64,000 bases of DNA. It comes from Mobula hypostoma (Eukaryota). The number at the start of each line of letters is the position of its first letter. Within the stretch, counting starts at the first letter, position 1. The DNA lies in assembly GCF_963921235.1 (NCBI RefSeq), contig NC_086097.1, positions 91,824,001 to 91,888,000 of the forward strand. The letters run 5' to 3'. Below, piece by piece: positions 50,579 through 63,562 of this stretch. The notes below the pieces were generated by a model, which saw only the letters and a list, made by a program, of their open reading frames with translations, did no database searches and was not told where the DNA came from. The position numbers were made by a program, and so were the translations under genes.

Positions 50579-51661
50579 TTCTCCAATTATTCTCCAGGAC
50601 TGACCTTCCATAGCAACATTCCAAGTACACATGGATATAAATAGCCAGAGTGTATGGGGAAAAATGGCTTGTTTTCTGATTGGCAGGATAGAACAGGTGG
50701 TGTGTACTAGAGACCCGTAGTGGAGTTTCATGTTTTTACCATATATATTAATGAACAGGCAAATGAATAGTCCTATATATACATGATATTAGGTTAGAAG
50801 ACACCATAAATTGTGTGAATGAGAACAGAAAATTATAAACAAGCAAATTAAGTGAGCGGTCAAACTATTCTGGATGGATCTTGTATTCAGAAGCTGGAAT
50901 TCAAATGAAAAAATTGCTGCTTCAGATCTATCTGGCTTATTACATCCACCTTTGAACAGTTCTACAGGAGGGGGAAAACATTGAAAAGTCATCAATAGAA
51001 TTAAATGTAGGATATGAAGGATTAAATTCTGAAGGCAAATTGCAAAAAATCCTTCAGAAGTTTGAGGGGAGATCTAACTGGAGTCTCTAAATTGACAATA
51101 CTGTTCATTTCATTTATAGGGAACATAATCTTAAACTTAGTGTGTTTAACAGCATGTCTTTTCAGAAACAGAGGTGGAAACAGCTTCTTTAGTAGGAGGT
51201 ATGTGGAGATAAACCAAAAATTTCTAGACAGCTTGAGCAATCAATATACCATGTTCAGGAAATTGCTAGTTAATATGAAATATCATTTATATTTTTACAT
51301 AATACTTTGACAAAAAGTAATCTTTGAAAAAAAGTCCAGAAATTACTTTGCTGTTCAGTGGTGTTAAAGCTGTTTGGTGGATCAATCTAACACTCCTTAT
51401 GAAAATTCCATGAGTATCATGGGCTTCAATTGTGAGGTTCACAGACCAGCACTGCCAGATTGTCCCAGGAAGCACAGACCTATGTCAGTTTTGGCACAAT
51501 TTATTCTATTAACCTATTGCAAGTTCTTGCAGCTTGTCAGCGTTTGGCCTTATAGATGCAATCTGAGAAGCCAGCTCTTAAAAGGACAAACCAAAATACA
51601 AGCAGCACTTTTTGAGATGTAAGGAAATTTTACTGCTTTTAAGTTCGTGGATGCTGCAAAA

Positions 51662-51769
51662 ATGGGATGTCAGCGGGAGCTAATCAGGCTGGTACCCATA
51701 AGAGGGATGTTCATTGTACTGTGGATACTTCCAGGTCTACAGCTAGATGCTTCTAACAAGAAGCTGCTA
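51662..51769 (+). CDS. Candidate first coding exon with signal-peptide-like sequence, gene unknown
   Basis: Kozak context aaaATGG; 36 codons MGCQRELIRLVPIRGMFIVLWILPGLQLDASNKKLL; followed immediately by a consensus GTAAGT donor (phase 0); lies in repeat-free DNA. No homolog recognised. Confidence 0.3.
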
Positions 51770-52212
51770 GTAAGTTATTTGTAAGGAATAATGTGTTTTG
51801 GGAAAGTTGTTGACTGATGAAATGGTAGAAGTCTTCTCTTTCAACTGGTGAGTTTGTGTGCAGTGAACCACAAATTTTGAGATGCGGCAAACCAGAAGGA
51901 TACTGAAGCAAAGAGAGTGAACATAACTTTGCCCTTCAGAGGCAAAGCAATTTACAGTCATGTTTAAGATTGCAGGTGGTCACAGATCTCAGAGAAGTTT
52001 GAAAGTTGACCCTTTTACTCCCATGGTTTCAGTGAATAAAACTTTGTGAGTAAACAGGGAATGTTCTTTTTGAGACTGAAAGTTGCAATGAAGATGCAGC
52101 TTGCACATCATTATACTTTTAATGTAATTTGAGGGAATATTCTGCTGAAAAAGGTGGTTAAGGCAAATGAATATCTTATCAAAAAGTTAGCATCGGATTT
52201 TCAAGTATAAAG

Positions 52213-53067
52213 TGTGACGAGAATACACATAAAATTAAGATGTTTGCTGGCCTGGGCTAGCATCAATGGCATCAGCAGTTGGTCTGCCACCTGCCCTCAG
52301 GGGAAGGAGAGATAAGGAACAATGGAGCAGCATCTGGAGATGTGTAATGAAGGGACGTGGGAGAGAGAGAGCTGTCTGGAGCAGCTCCCCCTTTGAACCC
52401 TGAACTGTTTGAAGTGATGGACAGGCGATACCCCAGCAGGGGGATAAAAAGGGACAGGTTCACTAAGACAGACAGAGACGCCACCCGAGGTAACGAGACC
52501 CTGGAAGCGGTGCGCCTCTCACGAGTGGGTGAGAAGTACCAGACAACGACCAGGGTGGAAAGGTATGATCAGCGGGAACCCGGTGTGTGTCCGCCCTTGC
52601 CTCGGTGCCGGGTTCACTGCAGAGGATCGACCGCATCTGGAGGAGGGGTCACAGTCGGTGACCTCAGGTGACATCACCAAGGACCCGCCCAAAAGTTGCT
52701 TGTGAGCCATCTCGCCGGTCTGTGAGTGAAGCAGTGTCTGAATGATCAGTTGTTCCTGTTCTCTCTCTCTCTCTTCCCCCACGTTGTCCATCGCCATGGC
52801 AACGATTACTGCGAACTGAACTGGACTGAACTTTGAGTTATTTTGAAATTTGGTCATTTACCCCTAGACAACGATAGAGCTTGATTGATGCTGTTATCTT
52901 AATTCTGTGCACGTGTGTTTATCATCGCTGAACTGTTGCATTTATTATCCTTTCGATTACTGTGTTGCTTGTTTCTTTAATAAAACTTCCTTAGTTCTAG
53001 TACTCCAGACTCCAACTGAGTGATCCATTTCTGCTGGTTTGGCAACCCAGTTACGGGGTACGTAACA
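52213..53067 (+). mobile_element. Solo LTR (855 bp)
   Basis: TGTGACG...CGTAACA termini (6/7 inverted match); near-TSD TAAAG/TAAGG; TATA-like GATAAAA at ~52443 and AATAAA at ~52979; CpGs retained. Confidence 0.8.
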
Positions 53068-54159
53068 TAAGGTACCCAGCAATGGTTAAAATAATATTGG
53101 ATTAACTGACTTTCAATTGGATAGCATCATTTTCATTCTGGATCCTCAACCTTACTGCTGTTTTTTTCATTATTGTTTCATTTACTTCTTTAAAGGGTTG
53201 GTATGATTTGTTTTTCCATTCACCATGGATTTTCCACTGAAAACATAAATTTCTTTCTTTGGTATTGAAGTCATTTGTGTATTTGTATCAATGTCTATTC
53301 TGATTTTGAATTTCAAAGTATATTCCTACAATTTTTAATGATATCATAACTGACTGTGGGAGTATGTGAAGACAACACAATGAATAGGAAGCAATGAATT
53401 GTCTTTCCAGTGCTTGTTCTGGTGAAATGTGATGTTCCTCCCCAAATTACAGAAGAATAAAGCTTCATTGACTGGAGTATGTGGACTTTCAAAACAGACA
53501 GACATACCCAATTAATCAAACATTCACCTGTTTCCAGATATTACTGATCTCCTTGACTGGAAGCAAGTAATGATATTATAATTTAGAAATGTTTTCACCT
53601 CTATAAAAAGAATATGGCAGTTCTCCAAATATTTAGTCACCATATAATTTAGGGGATCACCAGTTTTAATTAAATAGAATAATATTCCCAGCAATGATTT
53701 TTGCAGGCCAGCTCAGATAACTGCAGCTGATATCCTATGTGTTAGGATATCTTTATTACTGTGGAGTATCATTTTTCATTGGAGCGGATTTCCTACATTT
53801 TCTCACTTGTGCAAAACTTCTGTGCTCTGATATTGATAGCTGGCAGTTCATCCCTGCTGTTGTCATCACAGCCAAGAGAGAGTAAATCTATCCAAGGCAT
53901 CCTTACACTGTTCTCTATACACAGGCACTTCTTCTCATGAAAGTGCAATCTTATCAGATATGTTCTCTCCCAGGTTTCCAGTTACACTGTGTCTTCCCTC
54001 ACAGAAATCCTTTCACACAGAACAAATCAGGATTCAAAACATATTTTCCAATATGATGCCTTATGGTGAATTTACACACTTTGGTCTCATTGTATCTCTT
54101 TTCTTAAATGTAAAATATATATACTGCTATTGAAAAGAGTTTATAGTTGTGACTATAAT

Positions 54160-56545
54160 AATGATAAGCACTTTATCGACCCTAAGTGGGAAATTATTTC
54201 GGTACAGCAGTAAAATTTAAAAACACACTCAGCAATGATAATAAATAATAATAAAAACAATAATATTAATAATAAAATACAGAATATTAATATGCACAAT
54301 AATTTACCAATGTGCAATGCAATAATAATGTATCAAATAATAAAACAGAGACTATTGTACTAAGATGTGTGTTCGCCTGTCGGACAGAGATGAACTGTTG
54401 TATATGCTTATTGCATTTGGTAGGAAAGACTTTCTGTAATGATCCTTGTGACAGCAGAGCTGAGTGAGTCTGTTTGAAAGGGTGTTCTGCCGCTTATTCA
54501 GCAGGTCATGGAGAGGATGTGCCTGATTGTCCATAATGGATAACTGTTCGTTTAGTGACCTCCTCCACTACTAACTCAAAAGAGTCTGGGCTGTAGCCAA
54601 GGATGAATTCAGCCTTTTTGATGAGTTTATTTAACCTTTTTGAATCACCAGCACCGATGCTGCTCCCCCAAATAAAGCTGGAAAGAAGACTGCACTCACT
54701 ACAACAGACTAGTAAAAGATCCCCAACATCCTGCAGCACACATTGAAAGGTCTCAGCTTCCTTAGAAAATAGAGTCTGCTCATCACTTCTTGGTGTTGGT
54801 TTTCCAGTCAAGTCTGTTGTAAGGTGAACACCCAAGTATTTGTACTCCTCCACCACTCCAACGTCTTCTTCCAGAATGCATAGAGGACTCATTACAGTCC
54901 TCTTCCTCCTAAAATGAATCACCATCTCCCTGGTCTTGGCCACATTCAGGAGCCGGAGATTCCTCCCGAACTACTCCACAAACTTGTCCACCAGTCCTCT
55001 GTACTCTGATTCCTGCCCATCTCTGATATACACAACTCCTACTAGTCTCTGATACACCCAACCACCACAGAGTCATCAGAGAACTTCTGCAAGTGACAAG
55101 ATTCAGATTTGTTCTGAAAGTCTGAGGTGTACAGTGTGAACAGAAATGGAGACATGACAGTCCCTTGTGGGGCTCCAATGCCATTCACCACCATCTCAGA
55201 CTGAGAACTACCCAGCCGTACAAACTGGGGTCTATCTGTCAGGTAGTCAGTAATCCAGAAGATAGTGGATTTCTCTACGCCCATCCTTTGCAGCTTCTCG
55301 CTCAGAAGTGGCTGAATTGTATTGAAGGCACTAGAGAAATTTTTAAAAATGTGATTCTCACAATGTCACCAGCATCATCCAGGTGGGAGTGAGCTCTCTG
55401 CAACAGGGAGATGACGGCATCATCCACTCCCACATGAGGTTGAGAGGCAAACTGTAGAGGGTCCAATGAAGATCTCACCTGTGGTCCAGGTTAAGACAGG
55501 ACTAGCCTCTCCAGCACCTTCGTCACATGAGATGTGAGGGCAATTGGTCTGTGGTCATTAAGTTCAGATGGAGTCACCTTCGTGGGTACAGGAACCAAGC
55601 AGGAAGTCTTCCATAACACCAGTATCTTTTCCTGACTTAGACTCAGATTGTAAAGGTGCTTCAAAATACCAGACACAAGGCTTACACAAGCCTTCAGTAC
55701 CCTGGGGCTGATACTATCGGGTCCAGTAGCTTTGCCTCGATGTAGTCTCTCCAGCTATCTCTTAACCTGACCTGCAGTCACTGTCAGGCAGGGGAGGGTG
55801 GTCATCCCCATGGCGGCAGGATACTCCAAAGCTGGGGGGGTTTGGAACACAAGCACTCACCAGAGGGGTGGAGGGAGAAGGCTTCGGGGACAGGCAGGGT
55901 GTCAGGTTGGGCAAGTGGGGGAGGGGGACAGCAGGAGGTCTCATGCTGAACCTGTTGTAAAACAAGTTCAATTCGTTGGCCCTCTGCAGGCAGCCCTCAA
56001 TCTTCCTTTCCCCAACCTTGAAGCTTCATGCCCGACCACACATCCCTTCTGCTATTCTGCTGGAGCTTGTACTCCAGCTTCCTCTTGTAGGATTCTTTGC
56101 ACTCCCTCAACTTTACCCTCAGTTCACTCTGAACTCACCTCAGTACTTGTCTGTCTCCAGGCCTGAAGGCTTTCTTCTTCATATTCAAAACTTCTTCCAG
56201 GTCACTGCTGATCCAGGGCTTGTTGGGAAGCAGCGTACAGTCTTGGCTGGCAAGGTGGTGTTCTTACAGAATTTGATATAGTCTGTGATACAATCAGTCA
56301 TTTTGTCAATGTCCTCCCTGTGTGGCTCACATAACACATCCCAGTTCGTCCTCTCAAAGCATTCATGCAGTGCCTCATTAACATACCAAGTCCACCTCCT
56401 TACAATCCTTGTTGACACAGGCTGCTGCTGGACTAGAGGCACGTACCTGGGTGTTAGCAGGACCAGGGTGTGATCAGATCTGTCAAGTGGGACTATATGG
56501 TGCTTGCAGAGTGCTGTTAATAATACATGTTCTACATTATACACA
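54160..56545 (-). mobile_element. Rex1/Babar LINE (endonuclease end to 3' UTR), decayed
   Basis: PLDRSDHTLVLL, WKTSCLVPVP..LNDHRPIALTSHVTKVLERL, GAPQGTVMSPFLFTLYTSD, QKFSDDS, KTREMVIHFRR. Confidence 0.92.
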
Positions 56546-58474
56546 ACATAGTGAAAAAGGCAGTAGGTAGTTTATATTAAATGAATTAGATAAACAAAGA
56601 ATGCTTACTCATACAATATATTTACTATATTACTCAAATATATTGAAATATTAAATACACAACATTCCTCCCTGATTAGCTATAAGCACCAACTCGATAT
56701 AGAATGCATTTCAACTTATGTACCTATATATAGTATATACAGTATACTATATAAGACAATTGCTATATAGACATCCACAGCATAGTAAATTTTAAGTTGT
56801 CCCATTCTGGCCGAAAGATTTAATTGCTCTGGAGGAATTCTTACTCTTGTGGGATAACATCTTTCCTGACAAGGGGGTCACACTGCTTGGCAGATGAGAC
56901 TTGTGGCTGTGAAACAATCTCAGGTTCTCGGGCTGCCTCCATGGTGGTTGTAGGAGTTAACTGTGGGACTGCAGGAAGTGGTTCTAACAGCTGTGAACAC
57001 CTTTCTTCTGGGTGTGTTGGCATCCATTCTTGATATGCTGATCCATTATAGGCCACCAGACAAAGCTTCGAGCCAATGCTTTCATTTCAACCATGCCTAG
57101 ATGACCCGGTATGTAACTCCTCCAGCACTTTAGCTCCTAATTGCCATACAAGGCAACCCCATCAAGGGCAAAATGGGGGAACTGGGATTTCCGCAGCACA
57201 CTCCAGCCATTTTTGGGTGGCCACATAGGCTTCAGACACTGGGGTTCTTTTATGGTTTCCCTTTTGATCATCTCTGCCATAATAGGGAGATTTCCAATTT
57301 GCAGTATGGAGAATACGTCAAGAGGAGTGTCCTCTCTAGTAAATTTTTCAGGTACTTCCTTTTTGAAGGGCAAGCCGGAAAATCCGTCAGCATTTCCATG
57401 ATTAGCCATCCTCTTGAATTTGATCTTGTAATTATGTCCTCCAAGAAATGAAGCCCCATTGCTGCTGTTAGTGGAACACCCTCCTGTGGATTGGAAATGG
57501 ACATTAGCAATTGATGGACAATAATGAGGGTAAAATCTCTCTCCCCCATACAAGTACTGATGAAACGTTCTACACCCCAAACAAATTTCAAGGCCTTTCT
57601 GTCAATCTGTCCGTAATTCTTCTCTTCAACGATAAGGGAACATGATACAAAGACTATGGGGCATTCACTTCCATCACTCATGTGACATGACTGCCCCTAT
57701 ACCATAAGATAAGGTCTCACAGATAACTTCACTGGATGATGTGGTTCATAATGTCTGAGTAGAGTATCAATGTCTTTTGGAAAAATCACCTCACACTGCT
57801 TTGTCCATTGCCATTTCTTCCTGATCTGTAGTAATGAGTTCAAGAGGTGAAGCCAGGTTTGACAGGAACCTGTTATAGTGATTGACAAATCCTAAAAAGG
57901 ACCACAACTATGACACATCCTTCGGCCTTAGTGCATTCACTGCTGTTCGAATTTTCTCAGCACACTTGTGTGTCGGTGGTGTGACTACAGTAAGTGATGC
58001 TTGGTTTAAAGAATTCGCACTTGGCACACCATGCTCTGAGCACCTAATCTTCTAATCTTTTTAACACTGTCAAGAGATTTTGGAGATGTTCCTTGTCATC
58101 CTCACTGGTAACAATGATGTCATCCAGGTAACACTGACTACCAGGGCAGCCTTGTCGCACCTGGTCCATAGCTTTCTGCAGAGTGAAAGCGCAGATGCTA
58201 CTCCGAAAATAAACCTATTATAGTGGTAAAGCCCTTTGTGAGTGTTTTTTGTGAGAAATCTTTGGACTCTTCTTCCATCTCCCATCAAAAGGTAGGCCTC
58301 AGCTCTTTGTGTTTTGTTGTATTTTCTTTAAGTTTTGCCTTTAAATCTGAATTAGTTTGTGAGGCCCTGCCACAATGGTAACATAATTTGTTTGGCTGCA
58401 CCAGCTTCTGTTTAGACGTTGCCATTTTGTTCAACTCATTTGTGTCCCTTTCTCCTGTTTTCATTGATACTATC

Positions 58475-60437
58475 ATTATGATGCTATTAGGCAGGAACTT
58501 GGGAACATAAATAGGGAGCAGATGTTCTTAGGGAAATGCACTGCAGAAATGTGGCAAATGCTCAGGGAACATTTGCATGGCATTCTCCACAGGTATGTTC
58601 CATTAAGACAGGGAAAGGATGGTAGAGTCAAAGAACCACGGTATACAAAGGATGTAGAAAATCTAATTAAGAAGAAAAACAAAAGGTTCAAGAAACTAGG
58701 TACTGTCAGAGCTCTAGAAAATTACAAGGGTGCCAGGAAGGACCTCAGGAATGAAATTAGTGGAGCTAGAAGGGGTCATGAAAAGACCTTGGTGAGCAGG
58801 ATTAAGGAAAACCCCAAGGCATTCTACAAATATGTGAAGAGCAAGAGGCTCTGTGTGAGAATAGGACCAATCAGGAGTGAGAACGGAAACATGTGCGTGG
58901 AGCTCGAGGAGGTAGCAGAGGTACTTAATGAATACTTTGCTTCAGTATTTACCAGTGAAAAGGACCTTGGCAATTGTGGAATGACTTAAAGTGGACTAAA
59001 ACGCTTGAGTGTATAGACATTAAGAAAGAGGATGTGCTGGAACTTTTGAAAGGCATTAAGTTAGGCAAGTCACTGGACCAGGCTACTGTGGGAAGTGAGG
59101 GAGGAGTTTGCTGAGCCTCTGGTGATGATCTTTGCACCATCTATAGGGACGGAAGTAGTACCAGAGGATTGGAAGGTTGCAAACGTTGTTCTCTTGTTCA
59201 AGAAAGGGAGGAGAGATAACCCAGTAGAGATATACACCAGTGAGTCTTACTTCAGTGGTGGACAAGTTGTTGAAGATCCCGAGAGACAGGATTTGTGAGC
59301 ATTTGAAGAGGTTCTCCATGTGAGACTTTTTCAGAAAGTAGTGAGGCATGGGGTCCAAGGAGACCTTGCTTTGTGGATCCAGAATTGGCTTGACCACTGA
59401 AGGCAGAGGGTGGTTGTGGATGGTTCGTATTCTGCATGGAGGACGGTGACCAGTGGTATTCCACAGGGATCTATTCAGGGACCCCTCCTCTTTGTGATAT
59501 TAATAGATTACCTGGATGAGGAAGTAGAAGGGTGGGTTAATAGGTTTGCTGATGATACAAAAGTTAGGGGTGTTGTGGATAGTCTGGAGAGTTGTCAGAG
59601 GTTACAGCGGGTCATTGATAAGATGCAGAACTAGGTTGAGAAGTGGCAGATGGAGTTCAACCCAGACAAGTGTGAAGTTGTTCATTTCGGTAGGTCAACT
59701 TAGAATGTAATATTAATGGTAAGACTCCTGGCAGGGTAGAGAATCAGCGAGATCTTGGGGTCCATGTCCATAGGACATTCAAAGCTGCTGTGCAGGTTGA
59801 CAGTGTTGTTAAGGAGGCATATGGTGTGTTGACCTTCATCAACTGTGCGATTGAGTTCCAGAGCCGTGAGGTAATGTTACAGCTATATCAGACCTTAGTT
59901 AGACCCTACTTGGAGTTCTGGTCACCTCACTACAGGAAGGAGGTGGATACCATAGAGAGAGTACAGAGGAGATTTACAAGGATGTTGCCTGGATTGGAGA
60001 GCATGCCTTATGAGACTAGGTTGAGCGAACTTGACCTTTTCTCCTTGGAACGACAGAGGATGAGAGGTGACCTGATAGAGGTGTATAAGATTATGAGAGG
60101 CATTGATTGTATGGATAGCCGGAGGCTTTTTCCCAGGGCTGAAATGGCTAAAACAAGGAGGCATATTTTTAAGGTGCTTGGAAGTAGGTACATGGGGAAT
60201 GTCAGAGTAAGTTTTCCACGCAGAGAGTGGTGGGTGTGTGGAATGCACTGCCAGTGAAGGTGGTAGAGGGAGATACAATATGGTCTTATAAGGGACTCTT
60301 AGATAGGTACATGGGCCTTAGAGAAATACAGGGCTATGCAGTAGGGAAATTCTAGGCAGCTTCTAGAGTAGGTTACATGGTCGGCATAACATTGTGGGCT
60401 GAAGGGCCTGTAATGTGCTGTAGATTTTCTATGTTTC
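58475..60437 (+). mobile_element. CR1 LINE inserted in the Gypsy gag
   Basis: [55 protein letters not shown]. gag reading resumes on both sides, with TGATAC at both junctions. Confidence 0.92.
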
Positions 60438-60841
60438 TATGATACAGTGATTTCAACTGCTCTTTTAAATGCAAGTTGCACTTCAGTTAGGAGCCATTTT
60501 TGAATGCTTTCTTGTAAGATTCCATAAACTAAATGATCTGTCAATGCATCATTAAGCCCATCACTGAACTTACAAAACTCAAAGAAGCTCTTCAATTCAG
60601 CAATGTACACTAAAATACACTCCCTCTCCTTTTCATTCCGCTTATTAAACCTAAATGCAATTGACAAAGGTTTCAGTTCTAAATGTTCTTGTATACTTTC
60701 ACAATATCAACAAAGCTCATTTCGACTGGTTTGATAGGAGCATTTAAACTTATAAGCAAACTGTATGCACTTCCACCTAATTTATTAATTAATATATTTA
60801 TTGAGTTACAGCATAGAATAGGCCCTTTGAGCGTTATAACA

Positions 60842-61068
60842 TCTCCATGTGAGACTTTTTCAGAAAGTAGTGAGGCATGGGGTCCAAGGAGACCTTGCTT
60901 TGTGGATCCAGAATTGGCTTGACCACTGAAGGCAGAGGGTGGTTGTGGATGGTTCGTATTCTGCATGGAGGACGGTGACCAGTGGTATTCCACAGGGATC
61001 TATTCAGGGACCCCTCCTCTTTGTGATATTAATAGATTACCTGGATGAGGAAGTAGAAGGGTGGGTTA
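60842..61068 (+). repeat. 227-bp direct copy of 59313-59539 flanked by an 11-bp direct repeat
   Basis: Identical to the source by eye; AGCGTTATAAC at 60830-60840 and 61071-61081. Confidence 0.92.
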
Positions 61069-62824
61069 TAAGCGTTATAACGTTACCCAGCAATCCCTGA
61101 TTTAACCCTAGCCTAATTGCAGGAAAATTTACAATGAACAATTAAACTACCAACAGTATATGTTTGGAATGTGGGAGGAAACTGAAGCACTTGGAGGAAA
61201 CCCATGCAGTCACAGATAGAACATACAAATTCCTTACCGACAGTGGCAGGAATTGAACCTGGATCACCAGACTGTGAAGTATTGTGCTAACCACTACTCT
61301 ACCATGCTGCCAATGCACTCAGAAAACCTGGCACTTACTTTTCATTGGCTATTTCATTTGCTTCAAAATACTGCGAATACATCAGCCAGTTATCTTTCAT
61401 GCAATCAAACGTCTATCTTTCCAATATAGCCAGCCATTTATGCTCTTTTTAAATTTATTTAGGCTTATTATCAGCCACTACCAGCTGTTTAGGAAGCCAT
61501 GATTTCATCTCTTCTCTGCCTTTTTTATAAATTCAAATGTCTCGCAATGCTTTTTTAAAAAAACTCAAATGTCTCATTGCAATTTTATTTTTCTTGAACA
61601 TCTTGCTGCACTTCAACAGGTAGGCAGTCTTCTCAAGTTTGTTTAAAACTTTCTCATCACTACTGTTATGTTTTGTCACTCCAAAACATAAAACTAATTG
61701 AAATAAAAACATGGAGCCAGGAGAAGCAAGCTTTAGTTTTGTTTTACTTTAAGGGAGGTGTTTACTGATGACATGGTGACCGTTCATGTACTTTTGCATA
61801 TAACCCATAATGAATTATGTATACAAAGAATGCTTAATCAACCAATATATTTACAATATTACTCAAATATTACTGAAATATTGAATACACAACAGTAGAA
61901 TGCTGGGCCATGAAAAGCATAGCCTAAACAAACAGAAAAGGAGCTTTTTCAACTAGGTTTACAAAAAAATAGCCTATTTAAGGTCTCATATTCTATTTCT
62001 TATGATTTGACTTCCTTTTTATTTTAATGTTTTAAATTATTCTCTCTCCTCCTCCATATTTTATATAGGTGTTTCCATTTTTGGAAACAGCAATTATCAC
62101 TTCATATCCTGCATCATCATTACAACTAGCTCTTCAGGTGGAAAGGCCAGCCAAGGTAACAAGCCCTACTTTTTTTTCATTGCTCCAACAAAATAGCATA
62201 GAAAGAGACCAATAATCCCATTATTCCTCTGCTATTATTTTGCTAGAAGTAATCCACTGGCCTACTAAACTTTTGTATCCTACTCACCTAAAGTTTTTAT
62301 CAATTTTCCCCCCTTTTTTGATACTCTTTCATACTCACAATGACAAAGCAGTCCATTACAGGGTTTCTGTCTATTTGCAGCAAAATTATGACAATGTAAG
62401 AAAACAGACAAATTGCAAGATATAGGCTTTATATACAATTTTACTTCAAGAAAATGACTTAATTCATGAGAGACACTTCATGATTTCAGGAAACGTGATA
62501 GTTGAGCTGCATGCAGCATGTTGTCAAAACCACCAATTTCATTATGTTCTGGTAATCTTCCCTAATGATATTTGATTAGTAACTATATGTCAGGACGTAA
62601 AGGACACCCTCCTCTTACTCTTACAATGTGCTGAGAAATTTTCTGCATTTGTCTAAGAGAACAAACCAGAATCCTGCATAATGTTTCATCTAAAAGATAT
62701 CACTTCTCACAGGGTCCTTCAAAAGTAGATTTTCCTCACCAAATTATTTCAATTGGATTTGGGGTCTTCAGTAAGAGACAGGAATTTAAGCAGACAGGAA
62801 ACTTGCAGCTTACCTTTTTGTTTT

Positions 62825-63060
62825 AGTCATAGTCATACTTTATTGATCCCGGGGGAAATTGGTTTTCGTTACAGTTGCACCATAAATAATATATAGTAAT
62901 AGAACCATAAATAGTCATATGTAACTTATGCTAGTAAATTATGAAACAAGTCCAGGACCAGCCTATTGGCTCAGGGTGTCTGACCCTCCAAGGGAGGAGT
63001 TGTAAAGTTTGATGGCCACAGGCAGGAATGACTTCCTATGACGCTTTGTGTTGCATCTTG
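62825..63060 (-). mobile_element. Rex1/Babar-type 3' fragment
   Basis: (tagtca)n tail plus ctttattgatcccggggg, and RHRKSFLPVAIKLYNSS. A short matching tail piece is at ~8935-8976. Confidence 0.7.
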
Positions 63061-63562
63061 ATTGGAAACAAAACTAGGCAAAAAGTAAAAATCAATTGAA
63101 TTTACTGTTATTTAAAGTTCACCTACAACTATTTGCAGAAGGGCTGTAGGACAATGAGTATTTATATTACCTGCCAACTAACTACCTGTTTCTACATGAT
63201 GAGATCATACATGATTGAAGTTTTAATTGTTTTTCATTGACTAGCAGTTTTAAGGAAAAACATACTTAGAATCTGGAAAAAAGGGCAAATTAAAAATAGA
63301 ACATTAAACATAAAAAAATGAAGAAAAGTGGAATGGAGTAAACTAAAAGTTATATACCATTGTTTTATTAATGATCTTGGAACTCATTTAAACCTCACTT
63401 CAATTATTGAAACTCAAATAGACAGGGCATAAATGAAGGCAAGTAATCCAATTTCATTACTTTCATTTAAAGCTGCCTTATATATTTGTGTGCCCCTGTA
63501 TTCACAAACTATTCTTGCAGTACTTGGACTTCAGTCATAGTTTGTATAATTTTCAAAACTGG

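Larger units (their letters stand above)
56580..61894 (-). mobile_element. Decayed Gypsy (Mag-like) LTR retrotransposon, interrupted by CR1 and a SINE
   Basis: 5' LTR 61664-61894; partial 3' LTR 56580-56664 preceded by PPT AGGGAGGAA (56665-56673). gag: MAGYIGKID...QYFEANEI, FRFNKRN..AELK, knuckle CYHCGR. RT: NTHKGLYHYNRFIFGVASA and YLDD. RNase H: DGSECPIVFVS..NYGQIDRKAL. Integrase zinc-finger relic ELHTGHLG. Confidence 0.88.

Noticed and set aside
53974..54065. Open frame between ctctcccag and gtgaat as a possible exon 2 for the 51662 candidate
   Set aside because: Weak donor and no recognisable peptide; expected by chance.
62138..62155. Possible 18-nt micro-exon (cttcag|GTGGAAAGGCCAGCCAAG|gtaaca)
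   Set aside because: Only splice-like dinucleotides support it; no homology or context.
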